NCBI GenBank assembly: GCA_965213685.1
Contig: CBDBZY010000043.1
Coordinates: forward strand, 1-64,000
Source: a bacterium
Lineage (GTDB): Bacteria; UBA8248
DNA length: 64,000 bases
Direction of reading: 5' to 3'
Shown: in pieces, positions 21,070 through 31,800 of the stretch
Layout of the letters: each line of letters begins with the position of its first letter
Numbering within the stretch: position 1 is the stretch's first letter
Notes under the pieces: generated by a model
Told to the model about the DNA's origin: nothing
The model's input: only the letters and a program-made list of their open reading frames with translations
Databases searched by the model: none
Made by a program: the position numbers and the translations under genes

Positions 21070-22127
21070 CTAGCGGCGTTTGCCGCCCACGATGTTCGTG
21101 GCGCGCTTCTGGCGTTTGATCATCCACTCCTGGGGCGCCTCGATGCCGCTGCGATCCAGGATGTCGAGGTTGTGCTTGTAGGCCATGAAGTTCTGGATGT
21201 AGCTGAGCGTGCCGCCTCGGTGGGGAGCACCGGGCGGCAGCCGGCCCTCAATCAGGTCGATCACGTTATACACGGCCTCTTTCGCCATGGCGATCTGCTC
21301 GGCCAGGACAGCGGCGTGCACCCAGCCGTCTCGGATGTCTTTTTCGATGCCGACGACGAGGTTGTGGGTCACGATCTTGATCTGTCCAGGCTTGTAGCCG
21401 GCCGCCTTGACGGCGTCCACCGTGCCGCGGGCGATGAGCGTCGCCCAGGGGTAGATGCCCTTGACGTCGGGATGTTTTTTCAGCAAATCCTCCGCCGTCT
21501 GGTAGGCGGCCTGCACGTTGGATTTCGTGAATTCCTTGGCCACAATCTTGATTTTGGGATAGTGGCTCATGTAATCCTCGAAACCCTTGGCCATGGAGGT
21601 CACCATCTCGATGCCGCTGGGCCCGGGCAGCATCATCACCTTGCCCTGGTAGTCGATGGCGTGGGCCACCGTGGAGCCGATGAGAAGACCCAGCTCGTAG
21701 CTGTTTTTCATGACGCGGTTCTTGACGCGCGGGCTGTCCAGGTCGATGTTGTCCACGACGATCTTGATGCCCTTGTCCATCGCCTTGTGTACCGCGTTCA
21801 CCATCCCCTTGGTGCTGATGGGGCAGATGATCATGCCGTCGTACTTCGCGGCGATGATGTCCTCCACGTGGGCCACCTGCTTGGGCAGGAACTCATAGCC
21901 GCCCGCGTCGAACATGGTCACGGTCACGCCGGCGTCCTTGGCGGCCTGCACGCTGCCGTACCATTTCGAGAAGAAATAGGGGTCCACGCGTTCGGCACCA
22001 CCACGGCGATCTTGTATTTCTTCTTCGCCTTCCGGGCCGCGTCGGCGTCCGGTGCCGCTGTCATCGACACGAACAGAAACGTGACGACAGAGGCGAGGAT
22101 CAGAAAAGAGCGGAACATCTTTTTCAT
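21070..22127 (-). CDS. Sugar-type ABC transporter substrate-binding protein, RbsB-like (frameshift near 21988)
   Basis: Signal peptide 'MKKMFRSFLIL...' then 'IAVVVPNA/VDPYF', 'DGMIICP', 'LLKKHPDVKGIY'. Confidence 0.85.
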
Positions 22128-22231
22128 TTTGAATCTCCTCCTCGCAGAATGGGTTTCGCGGACGAAGGCACTCTCCGCCCTCCGCCGCGCGAAAGGAAAC
22201 ATGACTGCCGCATGAAGCCACTTCCCTGTTT

Positions 22232-23227
22232 CTACTCCCGCCGCTTGCGGGAGCTGATGACCACGGCCGTTATCAGCAAAACGCCCACCACCACCTCCCG
22301 GGCGAACGTGCCCACGCCCAGGAGGATGAGGCCGTTCAGCAAGAACGTGAGGAACAGCGTCCCGATGGCGGCCTGCGTCACGCCGCCCTCGCCGCCGTGA
22401 AACGTCGTGCCCCCCACCACGGTGGCCGCCAGGGACTGGAACTCGAGCTGGAATCCCGCCAGGCCGTTCGTGGCCGGCAGCCGCGCCAGGTAGAGGAACG
22501 AGGTGACGCCCACGCAGATGCCGCTGATCAGGTAGCAGATGAGCTTCACCCTGCCGGTGTCGATGCCCGAGAGGCGCGCGGCCTCCTCGTTTCCGCCGGT
22601 CAGGTAGATCGCCCGGCCCAGTATCGTGCGCTTGGTCAGCAGGTGGAGGATGATGAAGAAGGCGATGGCGATGAACAGCGTGCCGGGGACATGGAAGAAA
22701 TCCGTGAGGCCGATGGCTTGCAGGATGTCTTTCTGCTCGCCCGTGAACTGGTGGATGGTGCGCCCGCCCGTGAAGACCAGGGCGATGCCGGCGCAGATGA
22801 AAAGCATGCTCAGGGTGACGATGAAGGGCTGTATCTTCACGCGCCCGACGAGGTAGCCGTTGATGAAGCCGAACATCGTCGCCATTCCGATGCCCATCAG
22901 AACGCCCACCGCAAGACCGAAGTCCAGGATGCCCTGCGCCATCACCACGCTCGAGAGGCTCAGCAGGGAGCCCTGGCTCAGGTCGATGCCCGAGACGAGG
23001 AGCACCATGCTTTGGCCGGCGACGATGAAGAACAGGAGGGAGGCGTTGCGGAGCTGGTTGGTCAGGTTATGGGTCTCGATGAAGTTGTTGACGTAGCCCA
23101 TCAGCTGCAGGATGTAGAAGATGAGCATCATCATGATGAACACCACGAACAAGCCGTGTTTCTCGTAGTTGAACGTGGCGAGGAAGGAGGCGGAAGGTCG
23201 CGCCGGGGCCTCCGCTGCATTCGTCAT
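22232..23227 (-). CDS. Sugar-type ABC transporter permease (RbsC-like)
   Basis: 'GIDLSQGS', 'GRAIYLTGGNEEAARLSGI', 'AATVVGGT'. Confidence 0.93.
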   Translation of the reverse strand: MTNAAEAPARPSASFLATFNYEKHGLFVVFIMMMLIFYILQLMGYVNNFIETHNLTNQLRNASLLFFIVAGQSMVLLVSGIDLSQGSLLSLSSVVMAQGILDFGLAVGVLMGIGMATMFGFINGYLVGRVKIQPFIVTLSMLFICAGIALVFTGGRTIHQFTGEQKDILQAIGLTDFFHVPGTLFIAIAFFIILHLLTKRTILGRAIYLTGGNEEAARLSGIDTGRVKLICYLISGICVGVTSFLYLARLPATNGLAGFQLEFQSLAATVVGGTTFHGGEGGVTQAAIGTLFLTFLLNGLILLGVGTFAREVVVGVLLITAVVISSRKRRE

Positions 23228-23243
23228 GTTGGCAGAATCTCCC

Positions 23244-24257
23244 TTAGTTTTTTTGCTCCCGCAGGGTGCTGACCCAGATGGATGAGAGGATCACCAGGCC
23301 GACGATGATTTGCTGGCGGTAGGTGTCGATTCCCATGATGTTCAGCCCGTTCACCAGGAATATGATCAGGAAAACGCCCAGCGTCGTGCCCAGCACGCCG
23401 CCGCGCCCGCCAAAAATGTGGGTGCCGCCGATGATGGTCGCCCCGATCGATTGCAGCAGCTGATCGCCGCCGCCCAGCCTCGGCTCGCCCGCCGCGCTGA
23501 CGTTCGCGGAGAGCAGAAGGCCCGCGAAGCCGCACAAGAGTCCGCCTATGCCGAAGATGGCGACCTTCATGGCGGGGAAGTGGATGCCCGCGGAAATCGC
23601 CGTCTGCTCGTTGCCGCCGAGGGCGTACACGTAGGTGCCGAAGCGGGTGTATTTGAGCAGATACCACATCGCCGTCAGCGCGATGACGATCCAGATGAAC
23701 GTGAAGGGGATGGGCCCCAGGTTTCCTTTCGCCAGGAAGACATACGCCTCCTCCACGTGCTTGTGCAGGGTCGCGCCCTCGCGCGCCCCGCCCATCTGGA
23801 GGCCGCCCGTCCAGAGCTGGGCCGTGCCGCTGCCGACGAAGAGCATTCCCAATGTGGCGATGAACGGCTGCACCCGCATCACGCCGACGAAGAATCCGTT
23901 GATGACGCCGCACAGCAGGCCGATGCCGAGGCCGGCGATGAGGCCGACGAAAAACCCGAAGTGCAGCATCGCACTCCAGGCCATCACGCTCACCACGCTC
24001 ATGATCGACCCCTGCGAGAGGTCAAACCCTCCCGAGATGATGACCAGCGTTTGCGCGTAGGCGAGAAAGAAGAGCCAGGCGTCGCGGCGCACGACGTTGG
24101 CGAAGTTCTCGAGGGTGAGGAAGTTCTCCGTCGCGAAGGTGTAGAAGAGCATCAGGACGGCGAACGCGAAGATGAGGAGGACGCGCTCCCAGGGGATGTC
24201 CTTGGCCGAATATCCCAGAACGAGCTTCTCATTCCCCGTAGAGACCGCGGCGCTCAT
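23244..24257 (-). CDS. Sugar-type ABC transporter permease (RbsC-like)
   Basis: 'GGFDLSQGS', 'YALGGNEQTA', 'IGATIIGGT..FGGRG'. Confidence 0.93.
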   Translation of the reverse strand: MSAAVSTGNEKLVLGYSAKDIPWERVLLIFAFAVLMLFYTFATENFLTLENFANVVRRDAWLFFLAYAQTLVIISGGFDLSQGSIMSVVSVMAWSAMLHFGFFVGLIAGLGIGLLCGVINGFFVGVMRVQPFIATLGMLFVGSGTAQLWTGGLQMGGAREGATLHKHVEEAYVFLAKGNLGPIPFTFIWIVIALTAMWYLLKYTRFGTYVYALGGNEQTAISAGIHFPAMKVAIFGIGGLLCGFAGLLLSANVSAAGEPRLGGGDQLLQSIGATIIGGTHIFGGRGGVLGTTLGVFLIIFLVNGLNIMGIDTYRQQIIVGLVILSSIWVSTLREQKN

Positions 24258-24315
24258 GGAATTTCCTCCGGTCGGTGATGCCTGGACAAGGCGCTCATTT
24301 GAGGGGGGCGAATAA

Positions 24316-26274
24316 TCATTCCGCCGTCATGGCGTAGCGCAGAATCTGCTCCTGCGTCGCCTCGTCCCTGTCGATATTTGCGGTGAGCCGTCCCTCGCGC
24401 ATCACCAGAATGCGGTCGCTCATTCCGAGTATCTCGGGCAGTTCGCTGGATATCATCATGACGGCGACGCCTTCCTTGGCGAGTTGCAGCATCTGGGAGT
24501 GCACCTCGAATTTTGCGCCCACGTCGATCCCGCGGGTCGGCTCGTCGAAGATGAGCACGTTGGCGCGCCGGAAAAGCCATTTGGCGAGAACGACCTTTTG
24601 CTGGTTGCCGCCCGAGAGGAAGCGGATTTGCGTGTCCTGATCCGGCGTCATGATTTTCAGCTGCCGGATGTGCTCCTCCACGAAGTCCTTCTCCAGGCTC
24701 AGGTTGAGGAACCACCGCTTGATGAGGCGGATGATGTTCGCGCTCGTGGTGTTGAAGGCGACCGAGAGAATCTGGGTGAGCCCCTGGGTTTTCCTGTCCT
24801 CGGGCAACAGACCGAGCCCCCGCTGGATGGCCAGGCTGGGAGTCCACTTGCGCTCATGGGTGAGGATTTTCAGGAAGCGGAGCGCGACCATGGCGACGCC
24901 GCCCCAAATCATGACCCATTCGAGAACGAAATTCTGGGTGAACAGGCTCGTCACGACCATCGCGCATATCGCCAGGGCGTACCATTTCGCAAAATCGACG
25001 GCCATGGTGCGCCAGAGGTACTCCCGCTCCAGAAACCACATTCCCGCCTGCCGTATGACGGCCAGCCCGGTGGCGGCGATGTAGGGGACCGGGCCGTTCG
25101 GTATGTTGTACAACGGCCCGCCGAGGAGCCATTCGTAGAACCACGTGCCGCTGAGCAGAGGCGGCGGCGCGTTCATGTTGAGCGTGACGGGGTCGTAGAT
25201 GCCCTGAAAGATGACGGTGAAGATGGGTAGTGCCAGCATGAAGACGAGAACGTCCACGACCGCGAGCCAAAGCGGGTAGTGGGGCAGACGCTGTAGTGCC
25301 TCTTTCTCCTTCGTCGTGCTCGTCATCTCCACGGTGCCGCCATCCACCGGGTCCGCCCCCATGACGGCGCGGGCGACCTCGGTTCGCCCCGCGCCGACGA
25401 GACCGGAGAGTCCCACGATTTCGCCGTAGTGCAGGTCGAAGTCGATGTCCTCGAATACGCCGCGCCGCGTGAGTCCGCGCACGCGCAGGGCCACCTCCCC
25501 GCGCTCGCGGGGCGTCCAGGGGAATTTCTCATCCAGTGCGCGTCCCACCATCTGCGTGATCAGGAAATCCAGCGCCACGTCTTCCACTTCCCACGTGCCC
25601 ATGTATTCCCCGTCGCGCAGGACGGTGACGCGGTCCCCTATCTCATGGACTTCCTCGAGCCGGTGGGAGATGTAGATGATGCCCACCCCTTGCTCGCGCA
25701 ACAGCTTGACGGCCTTGAACAGCTCCTCGATCTCATGTCCGCTCAAAGAGGAGGTGGGCTCGTCCATCACCAGAATCTTGCAGTCGAACGCGAGGGCGCG
25801 CGCGATCTCCACCATTTGCTGATCCGCCACGCTCAAGGAGCGGACCGGCGCGTTGACGTCGATCCGCACGTCGAGGCGCTCCATGATCGCCCGGGACTCC
25901 TGCTCGACCCTGGCCCAGTCCACGCGCCGCATCAGGCCCGGCAGGACCGGCTCCCGGCCCAGGAAGATGTTTTTCGCCACGCTCAAATCCGGCACCAGGT
26001 TCAGCTCCTGGTAGATGACGCTGATTCCCAAATCCCGTCCGGTTCTCGCGTCGGGGATGACGGTGGGTGCTCCGTTGATCTCGATTTCGCCGGCGTCTGC
26101 GTGGTAGATGCCCGCCAGAATCTTGATGAGCGTGGATTTTCCGGCGCCGTTCTCGCCCAGCAGAATGTGCACCTCGCCTTCGTTGACGCTGAAATCGACC
26201 TCCTTGAGCGCGTGCACGCCCGGGAAGGACTTGTCGATTCCCTTCATTTTCAGCAGGTTCGCAGGCTGACGCAC
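24316..26274 (-). CDS. Sugar ABC transporter ATP-binding protein (RbsA/MglA-like) with an internal membrane insertion
   Basis: Walker A 'GENGAGKST', 'MDEPT', second cassette 'GAGRTE', 'PEDRK', 'LSGGNQQK', 'DEPTRGID'; 652 aa versus about 500 typical. Confidence 0.92.
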   Translation of the reverse strand: MRQPANLLKMKGIDKSFPGVHALKEVDFSVNEGEVHILLGENGAGKSTLIKILAGIYHADAGEIEINGAPTVIPDARTGRDLGISVIYQELNLVPDLSVAKNIFLGREPVLPGLMRRVDWARVEQESRAIMERLDVRIDVNAPVRSLSVADQQMVEIARALAFDCKILVMDEPTSSLSGHEIEELFKAVKLLREQGVGIIYISHRLEEVHEIGDRVTVLRDGEYMGTWEVEDVALDFLITQMVGRALDEKFPWTPRERGEVALRVRGLTRRGVFEDIDFDLHYGEIVGLSGLVGAGRTEVARAVMGADPVDGGTVEMTSTTKEKEALQRLPHYPLWLAVVDVLVFMLALPIFTVIFQGIYDPVTLNMNAPPPLLSGTWFYEWLLGGPLYNIPNGPVPYIAATGLAVIRQAGMWFLEREYLWRTMAVDFAKWYALAICAMVVTSLFTQNFVLEWVMIWGGVAMVALRFLKILTHERKWTPSLAIQRGLGLLPEDRKTQGLTQILSVAFNTTSANIIRLIKRWFLNLSLEKDFVEEHIRQLKIMTPDQDTQIRFLSGGNQQKVVLAKWLFRRANVLIFDEPTRGIDVGAKFEVHSQMLQLAKEGVAVMMISSELPEILGMSDRILVMREGRLTANIDRDEATQEQILRYAMTAE

Positions 26275-26558
26275 GAGATGCCGTTTCCCAGATTAGAATG
26301 GTGCGGATTGCGAGTTTAAATTTGTGAACGAAACCCGGAGGAGCCTCCCGCCACGTTACCCGACAAAATCCCAACTTCACGAAATTTAGAAATTTAACTT
26401 GGGCTATCCTATAGGGATTGCGCTTCTTTTTCAACCCCGAATCAACCCCCGAAAAATCGCAAGGCGATCATCTTGGGGGGAGGATGATGGTATGATGCGG
26501 AGGTTCGATTTCGGCGGAATCTTTTTTAAGAGAGTCTTTTGAGAGAGGAAATGTCCGG

Positions 26559-26825
26559 ATGCGCTATTTCACGCGGATGGCGTTTCTCGCCGTCTTGGTT
26601 CTCGGGGGCGCGGCGGGCGGAGCCGCAGCGGAGGTGCGCGGCCGGCCGGATGGCTGCCTGACCACCCTGTATAACTATCCCGCCGAGGCGCCCCCCGGCG
26701 GGGTTTCGGCGAGAGTGCCGTCCGAATCGCTCCTGACGCGGGGCGTCCGTCCGCCAGCGGGCCTGCCCGCCGGGAACGTCCCCTCCCGGACGCGCGTCCG
26801 CCCGCCGCGCCGGACGCCCCAATAA
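26559..26825 (+). CDS. Hypothetical small secreted protein
   Basis: Signal-peptide-like N-terminus, GAGG upstream, Pro-rich tail. Confidence 0.35.
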   Translation: MRYFTRMAFLAVLVLGGAAGGAAAEVRGRPDGCLTTLYNYPAEAPPGGVSARVPSESLLTRGVRPPAGLPAGNVPSRTRVRPPRRTPQ

Positions 26826-26875
26826 TGCCAAACCTGCCCCCCGGGTGATGGACGCCCCGCCGTCGCCGCCCCTCT

Positions 26876-27484
26876 TCACCGGTCGATGACGTTTCGGTAT
26901 TCGGCGGACGGCGTGTGCCGCGCCGGCCAGTCGGCGCCATCCTCGAAGCGCGCCAGAACGCTTGCGTGGCGCGCGAAGCCGCCCTCCAGCAGCGCGACCG
27001 AGACGATCTCCACAATCGCCGGCTCATCAAAGCCGTGCGCGCGCAACGCCCGGAACTCCTCATCGCTCATCTGCTCGTTGCGCGTGATCTTTCTGGCCAC
27101 GCGGAAGACCGCTTTTTCGGACTCGGGCAATGCGGCGTCTTCAAAATCATGGAGTTTTTCCACTTCGCTCTCGTCGAGTCCCATGCGGTGAATGAGGTCG
27201 GTCTTGTGAAAATTCACGCAACGGGGGCAGTCAGAGGCGACCGCGCAAACCATGGCGATGCGGTTGGCCAGGTCGCGCGAAATGCGCCCCTCCAGGACTT
27301 CCAGGCGTTTTTGCAGCTCCCAGAACCCGCGCAGGAGCCCCGGCACGTGGGCGAAGAACCCGAACAAGGGCCCCAGCCAGCGCGGGTCCTTCAGCCGACA
27401 TATCTCCTCGTAAATCTGCGCCACCTCCCCCTCGGCGTCGTCGGGCTTTACGAGACGAAAGGGTTCAAAGCCGGATGTCTTCAT
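26876..27484 (-). CDS. AhpD/carboxymuconolactone decarboxylase-like peroxidase-related protein
   Basis: 'DAEGEVAQIYEEI', 'CPRCVNFH' CxxC...H motif, 'LRAHGFDE..IVEI'. Confidence 0.82.
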   Translation of the reverse strand: MKTSGFEPFRLVKPDDAEGEVAQIYEEICRLKDPRWLGPLFGFFAHVPGLLRGFWELQKRLEVLEGRISRDLANRIAMVCAVASDCPRCVNFHKTDLIHRMGLDESEVEKLHDFEDAALPESEKAVFRVARKITRNEQMSDEEFRALRAHGFDEPAIVEIVSVALLEGGFARHASVLARFEDGADWPARHTPSAEYRNVIDR

Positions 27485-27542
27485 TTTTTCTCCAGGGAAT
27501 GGATTTTCCGTTGCTGGATGCGATGGGAGGGACAACCAAAAC

Positions 27543-27577
27543 AAAAACCCCCCTGCCTCGGCAGGGGGGCTTTTTTT
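27543..27577. terminator. Intrinsic terminator downstream of the TAXI gene
   Basis: AAAAACCCCCCTGCC-TC-GGCAGGGGGGCTTTTTTT. Confidence 0.88.
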
Positions 27578-27598
27578 GCGCGTTCGGTGCGATGCGGA

Positions 27599-28576
27599 TT
27601 ACATCATCCCCGCTTCTTTCCAGTAGCGGACCGCACCCGGGTGCAGCTGGAGCTTCTTCAGGCCGCGCAGGCCGGTTTTCTTGGTGATGAATTTTCCGGC
27701 CGGGTGGTATTTGATGATCTGCTTGTGGTTGTCATACATGGCTTTGACAATCGCATAGGCGTTGTCGTTGCTCATCTTGCTGTTGGTCATCAAGGCCCAC
27801 ATCTGCCCCCAGCTGATGACGTCCTTGTCGTAGCCGGGGATGGAGCCCGCCCGCACGACGTCGCGCACGATGCCCGCCTCGTTCTCGGCCAGTTTCTTGA
27901 TGGTCGCCTCGTCCGGGCCGAAGAAGTGCAGCTTGCCGGAGAGCGTGCGCGCGAGGTCCATGTACACGGGCGCGGGAACGCCGCCGTTGAGGAAGAAGAA
28001 GCCGGCGTCCACCCTCTGGTCCTTGATGGCGGCGGAATTCTGGTTGTTGTTGAAGAATTCGCGCTTCACTTTCTTGAACATGCCGCTGTGCTTGAGCGCA
28101 ATCTGCGTGACGATGTAAATCGAGCCGCCGCGCCCGCCGACGACGAATCTTTTGCCTTCGAGGTCAAACCAGTTCTTGATCCCCGTGGACTTGAAGGTGG
28201 TGTAGACGATCGTCAGCGGATAGAGCGCCCCGAGCGCCAGGACGTCCTGGGGCTTCTTGAAGGGCTTTCTTCCCGTTTGCCCCCACGCGACGGCCGGTGC
28301 CGTGGCCATGCCCATGCGGAAGGGCTGGTTCTTGTTCTTCTTCTGCAGGATGCGGACGTTGGCGGTGGAGCCGCCGGTGACGGATGCGGACACCGAAATC
28401 TTTCCGCCCGAGTTGTCCGTGATGACTTTGCCCATGGCGGTGCCAATCTCGAAGGTGGCGCCGCCGGGCTGGGACGTTCCCAGAAGGATTTTGGCGGCCT
28501 CGCCCGCCGGAGCCGTGCCGAGGGCCAGGGCCAGGCCCGCCGCCAGCGTGATCAACCGAAGCGTGAATTTCCTCAT
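27599..28576 (-). CDS. TAXI family TRAP transporter solute-binding protein
   Basis: Signal peptide, 'GTSQPGG', 'TGGSTAN', 'DLEGKR', 'LHPGAVRYWKEAG'. Confidence 0.92.
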   Translation of the reverse strand: MRKFTLRLITLAAGLALALGTAPAGEAAKILLGTSQPGGATFEIGTAMGKVITDNSGGKISVSASVTGGSTANVRILQKKNKNQPFRMGMATAPAVAWGQTGRKPFKKPQDVLALGALYPLTIVYTTFKSTGIKNWFDLEGKRFVVGGRGGSIYIVTQIALKHSGMFKKVKREFFNNNQNSAAIKDQRVDAGFFFLNGGVPAPVYMDLARTLSGKLHFFGPDEATIKKLAENEAGIVRDVVRAGSIPGYDKDVISWGQMWALMTNSKMSNDNAYAIVKAMYDNHKQIIKYHPAGKFITKKTGLRGLKKLQLHPGAVRYWKEAGMM

Positions 28577-28884
28577 TCGCATCTCCTTTTTTTGCAGACA
28601 AAAAAATAAAGTGAACTGCACAACCCGAAGCCGGTTTCGGTTCGGGCGCGTCGAAACGCATGTAGTCAAAACGCATGAACAATCATGGCGGTGCTTGTGC
28701 GCTTGTCGATTCCAGACATACTACACCAAAATGGCGTGGTGTGGTCAAGTGCCAAGTTTGTCGGATGAAACCTCGGGAGCCGCTGGCAAAACAACGGGCG
28801 CATCCGGTAGAATGGGCGCGTTCCAGCCAAGTGCCTCGTTTCGCCAGCAGATGAATCCACCGCCGGTGGAGAGAGAGGAGACAC

Positions 28885-31800
28885 ATGAAAGCGGAATCAG
28901 ACCCCACCCAGTCGGCACCCCTCGTGCGGGCTCTGGTTTTCACCACCTCCTGGCTGTGCGTGCTGTCGGGCTTGTATCACATCTCCGCCGTCTATCTGCG
29001 GCCCCTGCCGGGCGAGATGCACCCCAACATGCACATGCTACTGGCCTACGCCATCCTCTTGATTGGCGGTGCCGGGGCGATGCCCGAAATTTACGGGGAC
29101 AAGATTCGCCGGCTGAAGTTTCTTCCCGTTTTGTATGTTCTTTCCCTGGTTCCCGCCGTCATCTTCTACTATTTCGTCCATGAGATGGGGGAGGAGTGGT
29201 CCGACGCGAGCGTCTGGTGGGCATACGCACTCCCGTTCGTCATCTGGATAGCGATGATGGTCGTCGAGAAGTCCTGGCTCGCTCTTCTGCTCTGGGTTCT
29301 GGGCTTTGTCCCGGTGCCGATTTTGTTCCTCTACTGGGATTCCCTGCCGGAAAGCACGCATGAGCCCACGCTCTGGTGGCTGTTGATCGCGTGCGCCGCC
29401 ATCCCCACGATGTGGACCCTGTTCGCCATCTTCTTCCGGCCCGCAGCCGGCGTGAGAAAGGCGGCCGGCTTTCTCGCCGTGTTTTTCGCGGCACTCATCC
29501 TGGGGGGATGGCGGGTGGGCCTCTGGGCCGGGCAGAGCGACGAGGTGCGGAGCGTCTTCTACCTCTGGCCGGCGGCCATACTCGCTTTTCCGCTCTTCTG
29601 GGCGAAAAAACGCATCAAGGAGGTGTTCGAGGATTACCCAGCGCATCCGTTCCCGGCCGGGTTCACGATTGGCCTGAACGCGGGGATGCTCTTCTTCGTG
29701 GCGACCGCCTGTCTGTATCTCTTCTACTATCACGAGGACATGGTGGATCGCCCCGGTGCCCCGACGATCGGCGACGCGCGCGTCGGCTTCGTCATGCTCA
29801 TCGTCGCCCTCGAACTGACGCGGCGCTGCTTCGGCCCCCCGCTCCCCACCCTGGCGGTCATCTCCTTCTCCTACGGGGTCTGGGGCAACCTGTTTGCGCC
29901 TCCGTTCGGACACGGCGGCCACACCTGGCTCGAGCTCCAGGCGAAGCTCTCCACCGATTTCATCGGAGGGGTGCTGGGGTTTCTGGTCGTCATCTCGGCC
30001 ACGTTCATCATCATGTTCCTGATCCTGGGGGCGTTTTTGCACGAGTCGGGCGCGGGCCGCTTTTTCGTGAACTTCGCCCTGGGCCTGTTCGGCAAGATGC
30101 GCGCCGGGGCCGGCCTCGCGGCGGTGGGCTCGAGCGCGCTCATGGGCACGGTGTCGGGCAGTGCCTCCGGCAACGTCGTGACCACGGGCACGTTCACCAT
30201 CCCCCTGATGAAGCGCATCGGCCTGAGTCCGCACATCGCCGGGGCGGCGGAGGCGGCGGCCAGCAGCGGCGGGCAGATCATGCCTCCCGTCATGGGGGCG
30301 GGCGCCTTCATCATGAGCGAACTCATCGAGGTGCCGTATTTCCAGATCATCGGGTACGCCACCATACCGGCCATCCTGTATTTCACCATCGTGGGGATCA
30401 ACATCCACTTCGCGGCGGGTGCGCTGAACATCCAGCCGCTGCCCAGCTCCGAGATTCCGAGCTGGAAGGACGAACTGAAAAACGGATGGTTCTATCTCGT
30501 GCCCCTGGCGTTTCTGGTGTATTTCCTGTTCGAGGGCAGAACGCCCGTGTTCGCCGGCGTCATGTCGGTCTTCATCATGGTGGGCGTCTGGTTCTACCGG
30601 AATGTGACGGAGTTCCTGGGCGGCTTGCGGCGGGGCGAGAACGCCGTCGCCGACGAGATATTCGTTTTCGTGCCGGTCGCTTTCTGGGGATTCGTCTTCT
30701 TCCTGTTTGCCCTGCTCGCGATTTTTGAGTGGGCCTCCGCCCTGTCGTTGGGGATGCACGGAGCACCGACCTGGGGCGGCGCCGTCCGGGCCGCCCTGTG
30801 GCTGGGCGCCATCGGGTTTGTCCTGATTCGGGTTTTCACCCGCCTCTTCTCCTGGGTGGACCCATTCTGGAGGGAGATAGAGCGCAGCTGGCTCGCCGTC
30901 TTCCCGATCACCTTGCTGGGCCTGTGGAGTGCTTTTGGCTGGTCTTCCGGCGTGGCCGGGGCGGCCATCGTCCTGGCGCTGCTCTGCGGGTGGGCCGTCT
31001 TCAGAGGGAACGGGGCGCAGCCCGCCACGACCATACCCTGGTATTTCGCCGCGATCTGGGTGGGCGCCTATTACGCGCAGCAGGGGATCTACGCGCTTCT
31101 CCCTGCGGTCGCCGATTTCGGCGAATGGTTCATCCCTTTCGGGTTTATCTATGACGGCCTCATCTTCTTCGGGCTGGCCGTCCTCCTCCAGAGGGCGATT
31201 TTCGCGTTCATCCCCCCGGGGTCCGCGACGAGCGGCCCGACCCCGAGCCTCCCGCAGGTGCTGGCGGTGTCCTGCAACCCGTTCACCTACCTGATGCGGG
31301 CGGAGAAGACGGGCGAGACGGGCGCGGGCGTGCGGGCGGCGCAGAGCGCTTCGGGCTGGATTTTCAGCATCCGCGACGCCTTGCGGGTGGGGGGCAGGCA
31401 AGGGGCGGAGTTCGCCGTGACGCTCGCCACCATCGAGGTCGTCGTTCAGGTGCTCACGATCACGGGCGTGGGCAACAAGTTCGCCTTCATGATAGAGGCC
31501 CTCGCCAATGACATATGCCTGTTCGGCACAGCCGCCGCCGGCGGGTGCGCGTACTACATCGGCCTCGACGGCTTCTTCGTCGCCCTGCTGCTCACGGCGG
31601 TTTGCTGCGCGGTGCTGGGCATGGGGATGCCGACGACGGCGGCCTACGTGCTGCTCGCCATCCTGGGCGGGCCCGTGCTCATCAAGCTCGTCGGCCCCGA
31701 GCTCGCGCACGTCTACGGCGCGGAGTGGGCCAAGGAGTTTGTGGCCGCGAAGGGAGACCGCGTCGCCGCCCACATGTTCATCTTCTATTTCGCCATCCTC

